A stretch of 27,479 nt of DNA from Acidimicrobiia bacterium (GTDB lineage Bacteria; Actinomycetota; Acidimicrobiia; Acidimicrobiales; JANYDT01), in the NCBI GenBank assembly GCA_031431255.1, contig JANPDB010000823.1, forward strand, positions 1 to 27,479, read 5' to 3'. A program made the position numbers and the translations under genes. The first letter of the stretch is position 1; each line of letters begins with the position of its first letter. The notes beneath the pieces are model-generated. The model searched no databases. It was not told the origin of the DNA and worked only from the letters and a program-made list of their open reading frames with translations. Shown in pieces: positions 19,001-27,478 of the stretch.

Positions 19001-19175
19001 CTTCGGCGGACAGGCCGAGCGCATCGGTCTGAACGACCACGCGGGGAGGATCGAACTCCGGCAACGTCTCTGTCCGGGCGTTCTGCAGCTGAATGACTCC
19101 AAAGACCATCAGCAAAACCGCAAACGCGATTACTGCCCGATTGGCCTTCAGACTCCACGCAATGATCCGTCTCAT
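16026..19175 (-). CDS. CzcA/CusA-family RND paralog with degenerate transport motifs (1049 aa; RND-B)
   Basis: Collinear with RND-A ([43 protein letters not shown]), but TM4 reads [13 protein letters not shown]10 ATRFTL and TM11 SRVGPIVNA. Full-length uninterrupted frame; SD-like GGAAGG upstream. Confidence 0.9.
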   Translation of the reverse strand: MRRIIAWSLKANRAVIAFAVLLMVFGVIQLQNARTETLPEFDPPRVVVQTDALGLSAEEVEQLVTVPIEQDLLDGVPWLDSIHSKSVPGLSYIEMIFDEGTPLYRARQVVQERISQAAGLPNVSRPPQMLQPQASTSRTAMIALSSKTLTPIQIGVLARFTIRPRLLAVSGVSNVAIWGQRERQLQVLVDPAKLREKGVSIEQVVSSTGNALWVSPLTFLEASTPGTGGFIDTANQRLGIQHNLPVIEPKDLATIAIDDTVGVPLTLGDVATVVEDHQPLIGDAVVGDEGQFLIVVEKLPNADTAKVARSVEEVLKTLRPGLVGLKMDSTVFRPTDYLNRSNSNLLRSVVVGVVLVAAGLVLLLLRWRKALIALVSVAFSFGAAATILHLLDVAFNVVVIAGLAVAVGAVIEQSLSDDAESPTPSSPSESAVGTTSRALLNGAHGAAKMAVWSTVIFAVAMLPIYFLNGVSGDEFFPPVAISCLVTMAASIVVALTLTPALRKLLNDRSEHDTSLVTRSLGPTYTKALAVFGKSAIPALATGAALLVAGIAVVPSMDKVLLPKFKDTNLMIRWQAPYGTSLPEMTRIIARATTELRAVPGVRMVGSQIGQAVSGDRPVGSDAAEMFISVKASNYSKTVGAIRRIVGGYPGLSHRVTTYSAERLRKSLGRSRDEVSVRLYGQDFGLLRKKADEIKGSLSGIKGVSQARISSQLAEPTIQVDVDLLKAQALAIKPGDVRRASETLLSGLRVGNLFQDQKIFEVTVWGRPEIRTSVSSVQDLLINTPAGKVIRLGDVANVTVRSTPPIIEHDDISRYIDVTANVKSRNVGEVTADLRKALARIAMPPEFHTTVLSDYNDEQSSQRRVMAFAIAAILGVFLVLQAAFRSWRLGAITLLAIIVSVTGAPVAARVFGEPMSIATVSALAAVFALATRFTLRTVEGYLALRNDGRPLDEELMLLGARSRVGPIVNASILTALAFAAVLIFNNIAGQELLFPMVVAILGGLVTTVMTQLFVLPPLYVHFGPKEILPAWDIDELINASETTRPDLVRS

Positions 19176-19337
19176 TCCGAGCTTGCCTTCCGTTAGGTTG
19201 TGACTGCGAGCGAGCTATTCACCCTCTGATGCAAGAGCCTGGGGTGGAGTACAAGCTGTGAATTGGGAGTGTGGTCGATGGCGGCGATCGTCAAGGCTGC
19301 TGATTCGGGGCTTCAGCTGGCCGTTGAGAACCGGTGG

Positions 19338-19368
19338 AGCGAGTGCAAATCGTTCGACTAGCGAGTGC
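19338..19368. repeat. Direct repeat AGCGAGTGC x2 with 22-bp periodicity
   Basis: Exact 9-mers at 19338-19346 and 19360-19368, about 160-190 bp upstream of the RND-B start. Confidence 0.6.
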
Positions 19369-19463
19369 GTGACCAACCGGGCGAGCTGTGGTGCTGAACC
19401 CGTGTGGTCGGTGGATGGTGACGATTGAGCTTTCGTGCTCTGATTCGACTTCTGACGTGGTTA

Positions 19464-19481
19464 CTCAAGGCGCGCCTTGAG
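19464..19481. repeat. Perfect 18-bp palindrome CTCAAGGCGCGCCTTGAG
   Basis: The sequence equals its own reverse complement; it lies near the middle of the divergent intergenic region. Confidence 0.85.
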
Positions 19482-19650
19482 GTTCGCTGATCTGGATCCA
19501 GGGCAAGATAGGGGTTTGCCTGTGTGCGGGGAAGCACGGCACGTCAGGCCTCTCAGCGAGGACTCAGCACGGATTCTGTAACGTCGCGTTACCCAAACTC
19601 GCCCTGCGGAAACCGATCTGCAGAGCAAGCGTCGAGCACCTGTGCTGGCA

Positions 19651-19678
19651 ACTACGAGTTCGATGTCGAACCTGTAGT
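19651..19678. repeat. 28-bp near-perfect inverted repeat ACTACGAGTTCGA-TG-TCGAACCTGTAGT
   Basis: 13-bp arms with 11 Watson-Crick pairs, one G.T and one mismatch; GTGCTGG occurs directly repeated at 19642-19648 and 19677-19683. Confidence 0.7.
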
Positions 19679-19748
19679 GCTGGTTCCGGAGCGGACGTGC
19701 CGTGAACATACCCTTTCAATCGGAGGCTGTCAAATAGTTTCGAATATT

Positions 19749-19833
19749 CGCCGAGGCGCCTCTGTTCGCTGACCTTTAGCTCTGTATGTGTCGGAAGGGT
19801 ATCGGAGCGGGCACCTCGGCGTGCCTTCGGCAC
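19749..19833 (+). other. Possible structured 5' leader with mutually exclusive stems
   Basis: 19749-19760 can pair with 19810-19821 (11/12), enclosing ACCTTT/AAGGGT. GTGCC (19821-19825) can pair with either GGCAC 19810-19814 or GGCAC 19829-19833. No known riboswitch consensus recognised. Confidence 0.3.
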
Positions 19834-19890
19834 ATGGCAGGTAAACCAGAAACGCAGTGAAAATAGAGTCGTGTGAAACGAGGAATGAAC

Positions 19891-20898
19891 ATGAAACTTG
19901 TCGGTAGCCGCGTACGCACTCGTTACGGAGCCGCGAGTGTGCCTGTGATGTCAGTGCTTCTCGTAGCTGTCGCGTCGCTGACGGCCTGTAGCGGTAAGTC
20001 GGACAACAGCGGAACTCAGTCGGCTGCGGTGGATTCGCCCCTCGGCCTTGACGAGGCCGCGTCCGCGCTGATGCAGACGCGCGTCGAGGAATTGGTCAAG
20101 TCGTGCATGAAGCGTGCCGGGTTCGAGTACGTACCGGTTGACCCGAATGCCACGAAAGCGGCGATCACCGGTACGAGTGGGCTCACCGATGACGAATTCC
20201 GACGCCAGTTCGGCTACGGGATCAGCACTGTTTTCGAAAAGATCGTCGAGATCAGCCAGTCGTCGAAATCCGTGGATCCCAACGTGACGTACCGAAGTGG
20301 TCTAGATCCCGCCGGACAGCAAGCGTTCGACGTTGCGTTGACCGGCGGGAAGGCCGACGTCTCCGTCTCGGGCGCCGTGGAAGCGGCGAAGACCGGTGAC
20401 CTCGGTGGTCTAGGGGGATGTGTCGAAGAAGCCACAACAGCGGTGTTCGGAGGGGCCAACGTCGTGTCGGCATTGGCGAAGATCGAGGAACTCGATTCCC
20501 GGGCTGAGGCCGACGAACGCCTGGTCAAAGCCCGGGCTGATTGGTCGAATTGCATGCGGAAGCAGGGATTTGAGTATTCCGAGCCGAACGCTGTCGACGT
20601 GGGAATCACCGAGAAGCTTGCTGCATTGGTCGGCCCGGCTGCGGCGAAAGCACTGGGAGAGGAGGGGACATTCAGCCCACTGGTCTTCGGAACCAACGCC
20701 CTTCCCGCCTACGACAAGGCTGCCCTGGTGCAGTTGCAGGCAGAGGAGATAGCCACAGCCCAAGCCGACCTTCAGTGCGAGGAGAAGTACGTCGTGGACG
20801 TGGAGGACAAGGTGAAGGCCGAGTACGTGAAGAAGTTCGCACAGGAGAACGCCGTGCTCCTGTCCAAAGCGCAGTCCGAATTGGAGAAACGTAAGTGA
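19891..20898 (+). CDS. Lipoprotein with repeated CMxxxGFEY motif, four Cys in the mature part (335 aa)
   Basis: SD GAGGA at 19880-19884, ATG 19891, LTA-C33 lipobox. CMKRAGFEY (20104-20130) and CMRKQGFEY (20550-20576). Resembles the lipoproteins I recall leading actinobacterial adaptor-ABC operons. Confidence 0.85.
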   Translation: MKLVGSRVRTRYGAASVPVMSVLLVAVASLTACSGKSDNSGTQSAAVDSPLGLDEAASALMQTRVEELVKSCMKRAGFEYVPVDPNATKAAITGTSGLTDDEFRRQFGYGISTVFEKIVEISQSSKSVDPNVTYRSGLDPAGQQAFDVALTGGKADVSVSGAVEAAKTGDLGGLGGCVEEATTAVFGGANVVSALAKIEELDSRAEADERLVKARADWSNCMRKQGFEYSEPNAVDVGITEKLAALVGPAAAKALGEEGTFSPLVFGTNALPAYDKAALVQLQAEEIATAQADLQCEEKYVVDVEDKVKAEYVKKFAQENAVLLSKAQSELEKRK

Positions 20899-23222
20899 AG
20901 CGCTCGGTCGTCGCGGGTGGGATGGCGGTCGTTGTCGGTGTGTCCACGGGAGCCGGGTGGCTCGCAGCATCCCGCGTGAAATCGCCCGCCAAGTTGGCGG
21001 CCGAGGCTGCCCCTCCGGAAGCGTCGTTGATCACGTATCCGGTTGAAAAGCGCGTCCTGAGTTCGGATCTCATCATTCGAGGCACGATGCGTTATAGCGA
21101 TCCGATCGTGGTGGTGCTCGCGCCGTCGGCGCTTCGTCCCCCGCCCGTGCTGGTGAGTCAGGCACCGGTGAAGGGAGCGACGCTGAATGAGGGCGACGTC
21201 GCCATGGTCGTTTCGGGGCGACCCGTGTTTGTCGTGAAGGGAGCTACCCCAGGGTTTCGTGATCTCGGACCCGGTGCGGTCGGCGCCGACGTGCGGCAAC
21301 TGGAGGACTTTCTTCAGCGTCAGGGTTTTGACCCCGGAACCGTGGACGATCACTACGACGGAGCAACTTCCGCCGCAGTGGCGAGGTGGTACAGCAAGGC
21401 CGGCTACCAGGCGTTGGGACCAAACGACCAACAGCGAGCGACACTCCGAGTCGCCGAGTCCGCACTCAGCGTCGCTACCGATCGCCTGCTTCAGGCCAAA
21501 CAGACAGAACTCCTCAACCGCTCGGGAGCGAAGCCTGTCGAAATCATCGACGCGAAGGCGACAGCAGACACATCGAAAGCAACGGCGGCGGCGGCACGAA
21601 TCGCGGCACAGCGAGACGCAGACCGGAGCCAGGCGGAGCTTGCCCTCAAAGAGGCGGATCTCCTCAACAAAGGTGCTGATCTCGCGACCAAACGGGCCGC
21701 CGTCGAAGTGGCGGGAATCGTGCTCGACGACGCTCGTCGGCGCGATGGGCTCGTCGCATCGGGTGTGAACGTGGCGACCGGTGTCACCGTGACACCTCAG
21801 CAACTCGGGTTGTTGCAGGATGGCGTCAACGAGGCCGTCATTGCGGTGGGAGCCGCCGAAGCCGACTTGTCTGCTTCAGAAGCGGTTGCGAACAGCGTAC
21901 GAGTCGCCGGTGAAGCATCGGTGGCGGAGGCGCGCACCAAGCTGAACGGGGCATCCACCTACGTTCTCGATGGACTCACACAGCAAGAACAACTCAACGT
22001 GATTGCCGCAGCCAGAAATGCCCAGGCGGCGCTCGCGCTCGCCGAGGCGGCGGCGGCAAAGGACAACGCCGTCGCGGCGGCGGACGTAGCGACCAAGAGG
22101 GCAGTTCTCGCTACCGCGAAATCGAGGGCAACTCAGGCTCAACAACGGATAGAAAACGCGAACGCCGGGGTGGACCCGGCGACCGGTCTGCCGCTTTCAA
22201 CTGCAGGTGATCGCGCTAACAGTCAATTCGCACTGAAGCAGGCCGAACTCATCCTTCGTCAGGCGGAGATTGCCCTTTCCCCAGCAGAGGCTCTTCTGGC
22301 TGCGGCACAAAATGACGTCGAAACGCTACGACGCGTGAACACACTCACGGCGACGGCGAATCAACAAGCCATTGCAGAGTCCGACATGCGTGTCGAGTCG
22401 GCGCAAGCTCGACTACAGGCCCTGGGTCGTCCCGGTGCCGGTTCTGCGAATCTCAGCGAAGCGGTCAGAGTCGCAACGGCCGAGGTGGCCCGCTTGCAAT
22501 CCGACCTGGAAAGGTACGCGGGCGCTGTCGGGGTTCAGGTACCGGCGAACGAACTCGTCTTCTTTCCCAGCCTTCCACTGCGCATCGACGATACGAAGAT
22601 CAAGCGTGGTGATCCGGCGACGGCCGAAGTCATGACCGTGAGCGGAACCCGACTGGCTGTTGACGCAGCGCTGTTGACAACCGAAGCTACGCTCACGCGA
22701 ATTGGTGCAGCCGCCACCATCGAAGCGCCGGAGTATGCCTTCAGCAGCAAGGGTGCGATCACCTTTCTCGCCGACAAACCAGGCCTGCGTGGAACGGATG
22801 GACAGCACATCGCCATCGAGGTAACTCCCGAAGACAGCTCGACGCAATTGGTCGGCGCATCCGTGCGGATCACGATACCGACCAAGACGACCAATGGGGA
22901 GGCATTGATCGTTCCGGTGAGCGCGTTGTCGGTTCGTGCCACAGGGAGTACTCAACTTCAGATTCAAGATTCGCCCGGAGTCGTCCGGACGGTCGTTGTG
23001 ACCGCCGGGCTGTCAGCCCAAGGCTTCGTGGAGATCGTTCCTGTGAGCGGTTCGGTAAAGGCGGGCGATCGGGTCGTGATCGGCGCTGACGGGCCGACGA
23101 CTACTGACCCACTCGCAAAGGATGCGGCGCCGCTTGCCACTGCACCATTGGGCTCGGTCGAGCCCAACGCGGCAACGTCCGTCGAGGTCGGAGCTACTTC
23201 GACAGTTCCAACGAGCCCATAA
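20895..23222 (+). CDS. Peptidoglycan-binding membrane-fusion/adaptor protein with very long Ala-rich coiled coil (775 aa)
   Basis: N-terminal TM anchor; VEKRVLSSDLIIRG adaptor start; PG_binding_1-like segment FRDLGPGAVGADVRQLEDFLQRQGF..DHYDGAT..AV; helical region about aa 178-540; C-terminal LIVPVSAL..V.AGLSAQGFVEI..GDRVVIG. GTGA-coupled to the lipoprotein gene. Confidence 0.88.
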   Translation: MKRSVVAGGMAVVVGVSTGAGWLAASRVKSPAKLAAEAAPPEASLITYPVEKRVLSSDLIIRGTMRYSDPIVVVLAPSALRPPPVLVSQAPVKGATLNEGDVAMVVSGRPVFVVKGATPGFRDLGPGAVGADVRQLEDFLQRQGFDPGTVDDHYDGATSAAVARWYSKAGYQALGPNDQQRATLRVAESALSVATDRLLQAKQTELLNRSGAKPVEIIDAKATADTSKATAAAARIAAQRDADRSQAELALKEADLLNKGADLATKRAAVEVAGIVLDDARRRDGLVASGVNVATGVTVTPQQLGLLQDGVNEAVIAVGAAEADLSASEAVANSVRVAGEASVAEARTKLNGASTYVLDGLTQQEQLNVIAAARNAQAALALAEAAAAKDNAVAAADVATKRAVLATAKSRATQAQQRIENANAGVDPATGLPLSTAGDRANSQFALKQAELILRQAEIALSPAEALLAAAQNDVETLRRVNTLTATANQQAIAESDMRVESAQARLQALGRPGAGSANLSEAVRVATAEVARLQSDLERYAGAVGVQVPANELVFFPSLPLRIDDTKIKRGDPATAEVMTVSGTRLAVDAALLTTEATLTRIGAAATIEAPEYAFSSKGAITFLADKPGLRGTDGQHIAIEVTPEDSSTQLVGASVRITIPTKTTNGEALIVPVSALSVRATGSTQLQIQDSPGVVRTVVVTAGLSAQGFVEIVPVSGSVKAGDRVVIGADGPTTTDPLAKDAAPLATAPLGSVEPNAATSVEVGATSTVPTSP
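21675..22187 (+). repeat. Intragenic protein-level duplication in the adaptor coiled coil (135-aa period)
   Basis: aa 261-296 (21675-21782) ADLATKRAAV...SGVNVATG and aa 396-431 (22080-22187) ADVATKRAVL...AGVDPATG align without gaps at 15/36 identities. Confidence 0.7.
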
Positions 23223-23230
23223 GAACAGCC

Positions 23231-23977
23231 ATGTCTCGCGAACAGCAGTCCAACGAGACCGACAAAGAGGGAGGCGACCTACCGCAGGGGCCACGCGTCC
23301 TTCTTGAACTCATTCACGTGAGCAAGGTCTTTCCGACCACACCGCCGGTAAACGCACTCTCTGATGTGAACGTCCGGATTCTGCCTGGTGAGTATGTCGC
23401 GATCGAAGGCCAGTCGGGCTCCGGAAAGTCAACACTGCTGAATGTGCTTGGATGCCTCGACCGACACACCAGCGGTACCTACCTCTTCGATGGGATAGAC
23501 ACGTCGGAGCTCACTGACTCTGAGCGTGCCGAGCTACGGGGCAATCGGATCGGGTTCGTTTTCCAGGCTTTTCATCTTCTTGCCCATCGCAGCGTTCTCG
23601 AGAACGTGATGCTTGGTGAGTTGTACCTCGCCAACCCAAGGTCGGAGCGCAAGAAGGAAGCGCTGGTTTGTCTTGACCAGGTTGGGATGAACCACCGGAT
23701 TTCGTTTCTGCCGACGCGACTGTCGGGCGGCGAAAGGCAACGTGTGGCCATCGCCCGTGCTCTCATGGGTGACCCCGGGGTCCTTCTCTGCGACGAGCCG
23801 ACCGGCAATCTCGATACCAAGAACACCGAGATGGTTCTTGATCTTCTCGATGCTCTTGTGGCTCGGGGCATCACGGTGTTGGTCATCACTCATGAGAGTT
23901 CCGTTGCCAAGCGCGCTCAGAGACGACTTCGTATCGTGGACGGCTTCGTGTCGGAGCTCGTCGGTACCGTCTCGTGA
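23231..23977 (+). CDS. ABC ATP-binding protein, LolD/MacB family (248 aa)
   Basis: [44 protein letters not shown] and ITHE; all catalytic motifs intact. Confidence 0.95.
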   Translation: MSREQQSNETDKEGGDLPQGPRVLLELIHVSKVFPTTPPVNALSDVNVRILPGEYVAIEGQSGSGKSTLLNVLGCLDRHTSGTYLFDGIDTSELTDSERAELRGNRIGFVFQAFHLLAHRSVLENVMLGELYLANPRSERKKEALVCLDQVGMNHRISFLPTRLSGGERQRVAIARALMGDPGVLLCDEPTGNLDTKNTEMVLDLLDALVARGITVLVITHESSVAKRAQRRLRIVDGFVSELVGTVS

Positions 23978-25233
23978 GACTCGCTCGCAGGCCGCGGCAG
24001 ACGAGCGGGAGTGCGCGGCGCGCACACAAACAGACGAAGCTGAAGCTCGTTGACTTGATCATCGAAGCAAGCTCGGGCGTCTTGTCGCGTCCCGGTCGTG
24101 CTGTGCTGACAATTCTCGGAACGGTCCTCGGAATCGGCGCTCTCGTCGCAACGCTTGGCATCTCAAAAACGGCAGGCAATCAGATCGTTGGTCGCTTCGA
24201 CGCTCTGGCGGCAACGGAGATCATTGCCACGCCACGGGCCGTTGGACGGCTCACCGTGAACGCCATTCCATGGAACGCGCAAGATCAGCTCGAGCGACTG
24301 AACGGCGTGGTCGCGGCAGGAACGCTGGCCGACATCACGGTCAAAGGGACGTTGATCCGCGCGGTGCCGGTGAACGATCCGCTCGGGCAGAGCCAGTTTC
24401 AGATGCCTATCAAAGCGGCGTCGCCCGGACTGTTTCGCGCCACCCGGGCACGACTGGGATCGGGACGTTTCTTTGATCAGGGACATTCGGATCGCACGGA
24501 GCGTGTGGTTGTCATCGGGCGTTCGGCGGCCCAAAAACTCAATCTTGCGAGAGTCGATCAGCTACCGGCGATCTTCGTCGGCGACCAGCTGTACACGGTC
24601 ATAGGGATCCTCGACTCCGTTGCCCGGCAACCCGACCTGATTTCCTCGATCATCATTCCGGAAGGAACCGCTCGCAAAGAGTTCCGACTCAGCGGCCCGT
24701 CCCTGGTCGAGGTCGAAACGCAAATCGGCGCGACGAGTCTCATCGCCGAGCAGATCCCGCTCGCCCTATCGCTGAATGATCCCTTGAAGATCAAGGTCGC
24801 GGCGCCCCCCGAACCGAAGCTTGTCAAAGACGGAATCCAGAGCGATCTCAACTCGCTCTTTCTCGTGCTGGGCGCGGTGTCGTTGCTCGTCGGCGCGATC
24901 GGCATCGCCAACGTCACGCTCGTTTCGGTTCTCGAGCGGACCGGGGAGATCGGTCTGCGGCGTGCGTTAGGCGCCGGGCGTCGCCACATTGCGTCGCAGT
25001 TTCTCGCCGAGAGTACCGTCTTGGGTTTGATCGGCGGTGTTCTTGGGGCATCGTTTGGGCTGCTCGTCGTTGTCGGCATCGCGGTGACCCGTCAGTGGAC
25101 CGCCGTTATCGACCCGAAGATCCCACTTCTGGCCCCGCTCCTTGGAGCCGTGGTCGGGCTCGCGGCCGGACTGTACCCGGCTCTGCGAGCCGCACGACTC
25201 GAGCCCGTCGAGGCGCTTCGCTCGGGAACCTGA
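23974..25233 (+). CDS. MacB/FtsX-type ABC permease (up to 419 aa)
   Basis: GRAVLTILGTVLGI first TM, large extracytoplasmic domain (GRFFDQ, VVVIG, IGIL), GAIGIANVTLVSVLERTGEIGLRRALGA, and YPALRAARLEPVEALR C-terminus. The true start may be slightly downstream. Confidence 0.93.
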   Translation: MRLARRPRQTSGSARRAHKQTKLKLVDLIIEASSGVLSRPGRAVLTILGTVLGIGALVATLGISKTAGNQIVGRFDALAATEIIATPRAVGRLTVNAIPWNAQDQLERLNGVVAAGTLADITVKGTLIRAVPVNDPLGQSQFQMPIKAASPGLFRATRARLGSGRFFDQGHSDRTERVVVIGRSAAQKLNLARVDQLPAIFVGDQLYTVIGILDSVARQPDLISSIIIPEGTARKEFRLSGPSLVEVETQIGATSLIAEQIPLALSLNDPLKIKVAAPPEPKLVKDGIQSDLNSLFLVLGAVSLLVGAIGIANVTLVSVLERTGEIGLRRALGAGRRHIASQFLAESTVLGLIGGVLGASFGLLVVVGIAVTRQWTAVIDPKIPLLAPLLGAVVGLAAGLYPALRAARLEPVEALRSGT

Positions 25234-25279
25234 TCGCCTGTTTTCGGGTCAACGAAGCCGAGAGTCCGCGGGTGGTCGG

Positions 25280-27478
25280 TCAGGTCTCGCGAAGAATCGT
25301 GATTGCCTGCGGCCTGATGACCAGGGCAGTCGCAGCCACTGCGAAGGCAACCGTCGCAAGCACCAGTCCGGCGCTCAGCTCGACAAGAAAGCGAATCGGG
25401 ACGTGAAACTGCGGAGTGACGAGGAAAAGCGGTTGAAGGACAATCACGATGACATGCGCCATGACCAACCCGATCGCCAAGCCGCCGGCAAGTGCGAGGA
25501 GGATGACGAAGAGCGACTCGCCGAGTATCAATGCCGCCAGCGACGCCGTCGACATGCCGAACGCGCGCAACGCTACATACTCTCGACGCCGCTGGAGGAG
25601 CTGGAGAAAGACCACCATGAGTATCGAGGCGATCCCGATGGCAAAGGCGAACCCCATGCCCATTTCCACGAGTCCGCGGATATTTACCGCGGTGAGACTC
25701 GACTGGTCTTTGTTCAGGTAGGCGGAGGCGGTAACCACGCGAAGCGGATACCGATCTCCGACCGTACGCGTGATCCGGGATGCGATGGCCGCGGTCCCCG
25801 AGGGTGTTCTGTCTGGCGTACGAGCGAGAAAGAAGTCGACGCCCTCCAACGCTGTAGCCGATCGGTACGTTGAACGGTTGACGACGACGTCGAGCCCTTC
25901 GGGAAATCCCGGGAAGGCGTCGAACAGTCCTACGACGTCGAGTGTCTTCAGCTTCTGTTGTTTTGTCCCACGCGCCAACAGGACCTGAACCTGATCGCCG
26001 ACGCTGATCGAGAGATCGTCGGCGCGGGTGGCACTGACAAACGCTGCGTTGGGTCGTGCCAGCTTCCGCAGCGCTTTGTCGGCGCTTTGGTCGAACAATG
26101 ATTCACTGAGGGTGGCTGTGCGCGAGAAACTCGATGGGTCGATCGCCGCGAGATCCGTGCGGGCTTGGTCATAGGGCCCGATGAGTATCGAGTTCTCCAG
26201 TGAAAATGTGATCGGTGTGAGGGCGGAAACCCCCGCCGACTCGAGTTCTTTCCGGAGAGACGCCTCACTTGTGTCGGCATCGTCGCTCAGCGGGGTGATG
26301 CGAAGGTCGGAACCTAGGGCAAAGCGCGCGTCCGCCGATTTGGTGCGGTGATACGTCGAATGGATCGCGGCAAGATTTGCGGCAAATGCGACAACGAGGC
26401 CGATCCCGACTACTGCGTTCGCCACGGACCAAGGCCTGCGCTGGACGCTACGCACCAGCGATCCTCGGATGAGCCTCTCGAAACGTCCTATCCCTGGTTC
26501 TCGGCGACGCGCGGCGATTCCGTGAACGACGCGGCCGAACGCGAGCGTGCCGCCCAACCAGATGGCCATGGGCACGACCATCAGTCCGAGTGGCAACGCT
26601 GCTGCCTGACCCTGCGAAACCGACACACGTTCGGGCGGCGACATCAAGGCCTCGACTCCGACGCCGATGATGGCGGTGAAAACCAGGAGCAGGTCAATCC
26701 GCTGACGATGCCAGACGGGTCGGATTGCATCGGTCAACTCCTGTCGCTCGCTCCCGATCTCGCGTGCCGAGGTCTGCCATTGCTTCCCGGTGAGCACCAC
26801 CAACACGATGATGACGTTGGCGCTGATTGCCATCAGCAATGAAATGGCTATGAGCCGGTGAGGTGTCGCCAGAACAGCAGGCCTGCCGAGTACCAATTCG
26901 GCTGCTCCGAAGCCCAGCGCTGCTCCGACCAGCGCGGCACATCCGGCGAAGATCAACGTCCGCAGCGCTGCCATGCGGATGAGCATCGAACGGTCAGCAC
27001 CATGCAGGCGCATCGTTGCGTGCTCTCGGCGTTGCGATTCGGCTTGGAGATTTGCGCTGAACACGACGAGCGCGATTGCGACGAGGACGCCTGGTAGACC
27101 GAGAAACAAGAACATCTTGCGGCCTGTTGACGCATCGTCGGCGGCGACCTTCAGCGCGTTGGAGATGTTATCGATCAGCAAAACTCGGTCGGAGCTGACC
27201 TCGCGGATCGATTGGGCGATCACCGTCGCCTGCGTCAACGCTGTACCGGGGGAGGACTTCAGTTTCGAGCGCTCAACTTGTATGTCTACTTCGGACAGCG
27301 GAGCCATCTTCAGTCCCGCGCCCGGTACCGCGCTCGCACGCCGGAACGCAGGGACGATGCTCTCCGTGAACAGCTCTATTGGTACAATCACCGTGAACGG
27401 TACGTACAGAAAGTCTTCGAATTTGCTGGCCTTTCGACTCATGAAGAGTTGTTGGGCATGCGAGAAGTCCGCGATCCC
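25280..27478 (-). CDS. Large two-FtsX-domain ABC permease, 5'-truncated by the window edge
   Basis: Frame stays open upstream of the ATG at 27442 to the window end (GIADFSHAQQLF). Two FtsX-like motifs: QRREHATMRLHGA and QRRREYVALRAFGM. Confidence 0.85.
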   Translation of the reverse strand, partial: GIADFSHAQQLFMSRKASKFEDFLYVPFTVIVPIELFTESIVPAFRRASAVPGAGLKMAPLSEVDIQVERSKLKSSPGTALTQATVIAQSIREVSSDRVLLIDNISNALKVAADDASTGRKMFLFLGLPGVLVAIALVVFSANLQAESQRREHATMRLHGADRSMLIRMAALRTLIFAGCAALVGAALGFGAAELVLGRPAVLATPHRLIAISLLMAISANVIIVLVVLTGKQWQTSAREIGSERQELTDAIRPVWHRQRIDLLLVFTAIIGVGVEALMSPPERVSVSQGQAAALPLGLMVVPMAIWLGGTLAFGRVVHGIAARRREPGIGRFERLIRGSLVRSVQRRPWSVANAVVGIGLVVAFAANLAAIHSTYHRTKSADARFALGSDLRITPLSDDADTSEASLRKELESAGVSALTPITFSLENSILIGPYDQARTDLAAIDPSSFSRTATLSESLFDQSADKALRKLARPNAAFVSATRADDLSISVGDQVQVLLARGTKQQKLKTLDVVGLFDAFPGFPEGLDVVVNRSTYRSATALEGVDFFLARTPDRTPSGTAAIASRITRTVGDRYPLRVVTASAYLNKDQSSLTAVNIRGLVEMGMGFAFAIGIASILMVVFLQLLQRRREYVALRAFGMSTASLAALILGESLFVILLALAGGLAIGLVMAHVIVIVLQPLFLVTPQFHVPIRFLVELSAGLVLATVAFAVAATALVIRPQAITILRET

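Noticed and set aside
19176-19520. NiCo (czcD) or c-di-GMP-I riboswitch upstream of the RND operon
   Set aside because: Read on the minus strand; GGCAAACC occurs near 19520 but the GAAA loop and GGGACGCAAA elements are absent, and no NiCo CUGAGCAG-type segments were seen. An Rfam scan would be decisive.
19461-19833. Short ORFs in the divergent gap (19461-19709 -, 19524-19772 +, 19564-19833 -) as small proteins or a transposase remnant
   Set aside because: Mutually overlapping, no SD, no recognisable motifs or terminal inverted-repeat pair with target duplication.
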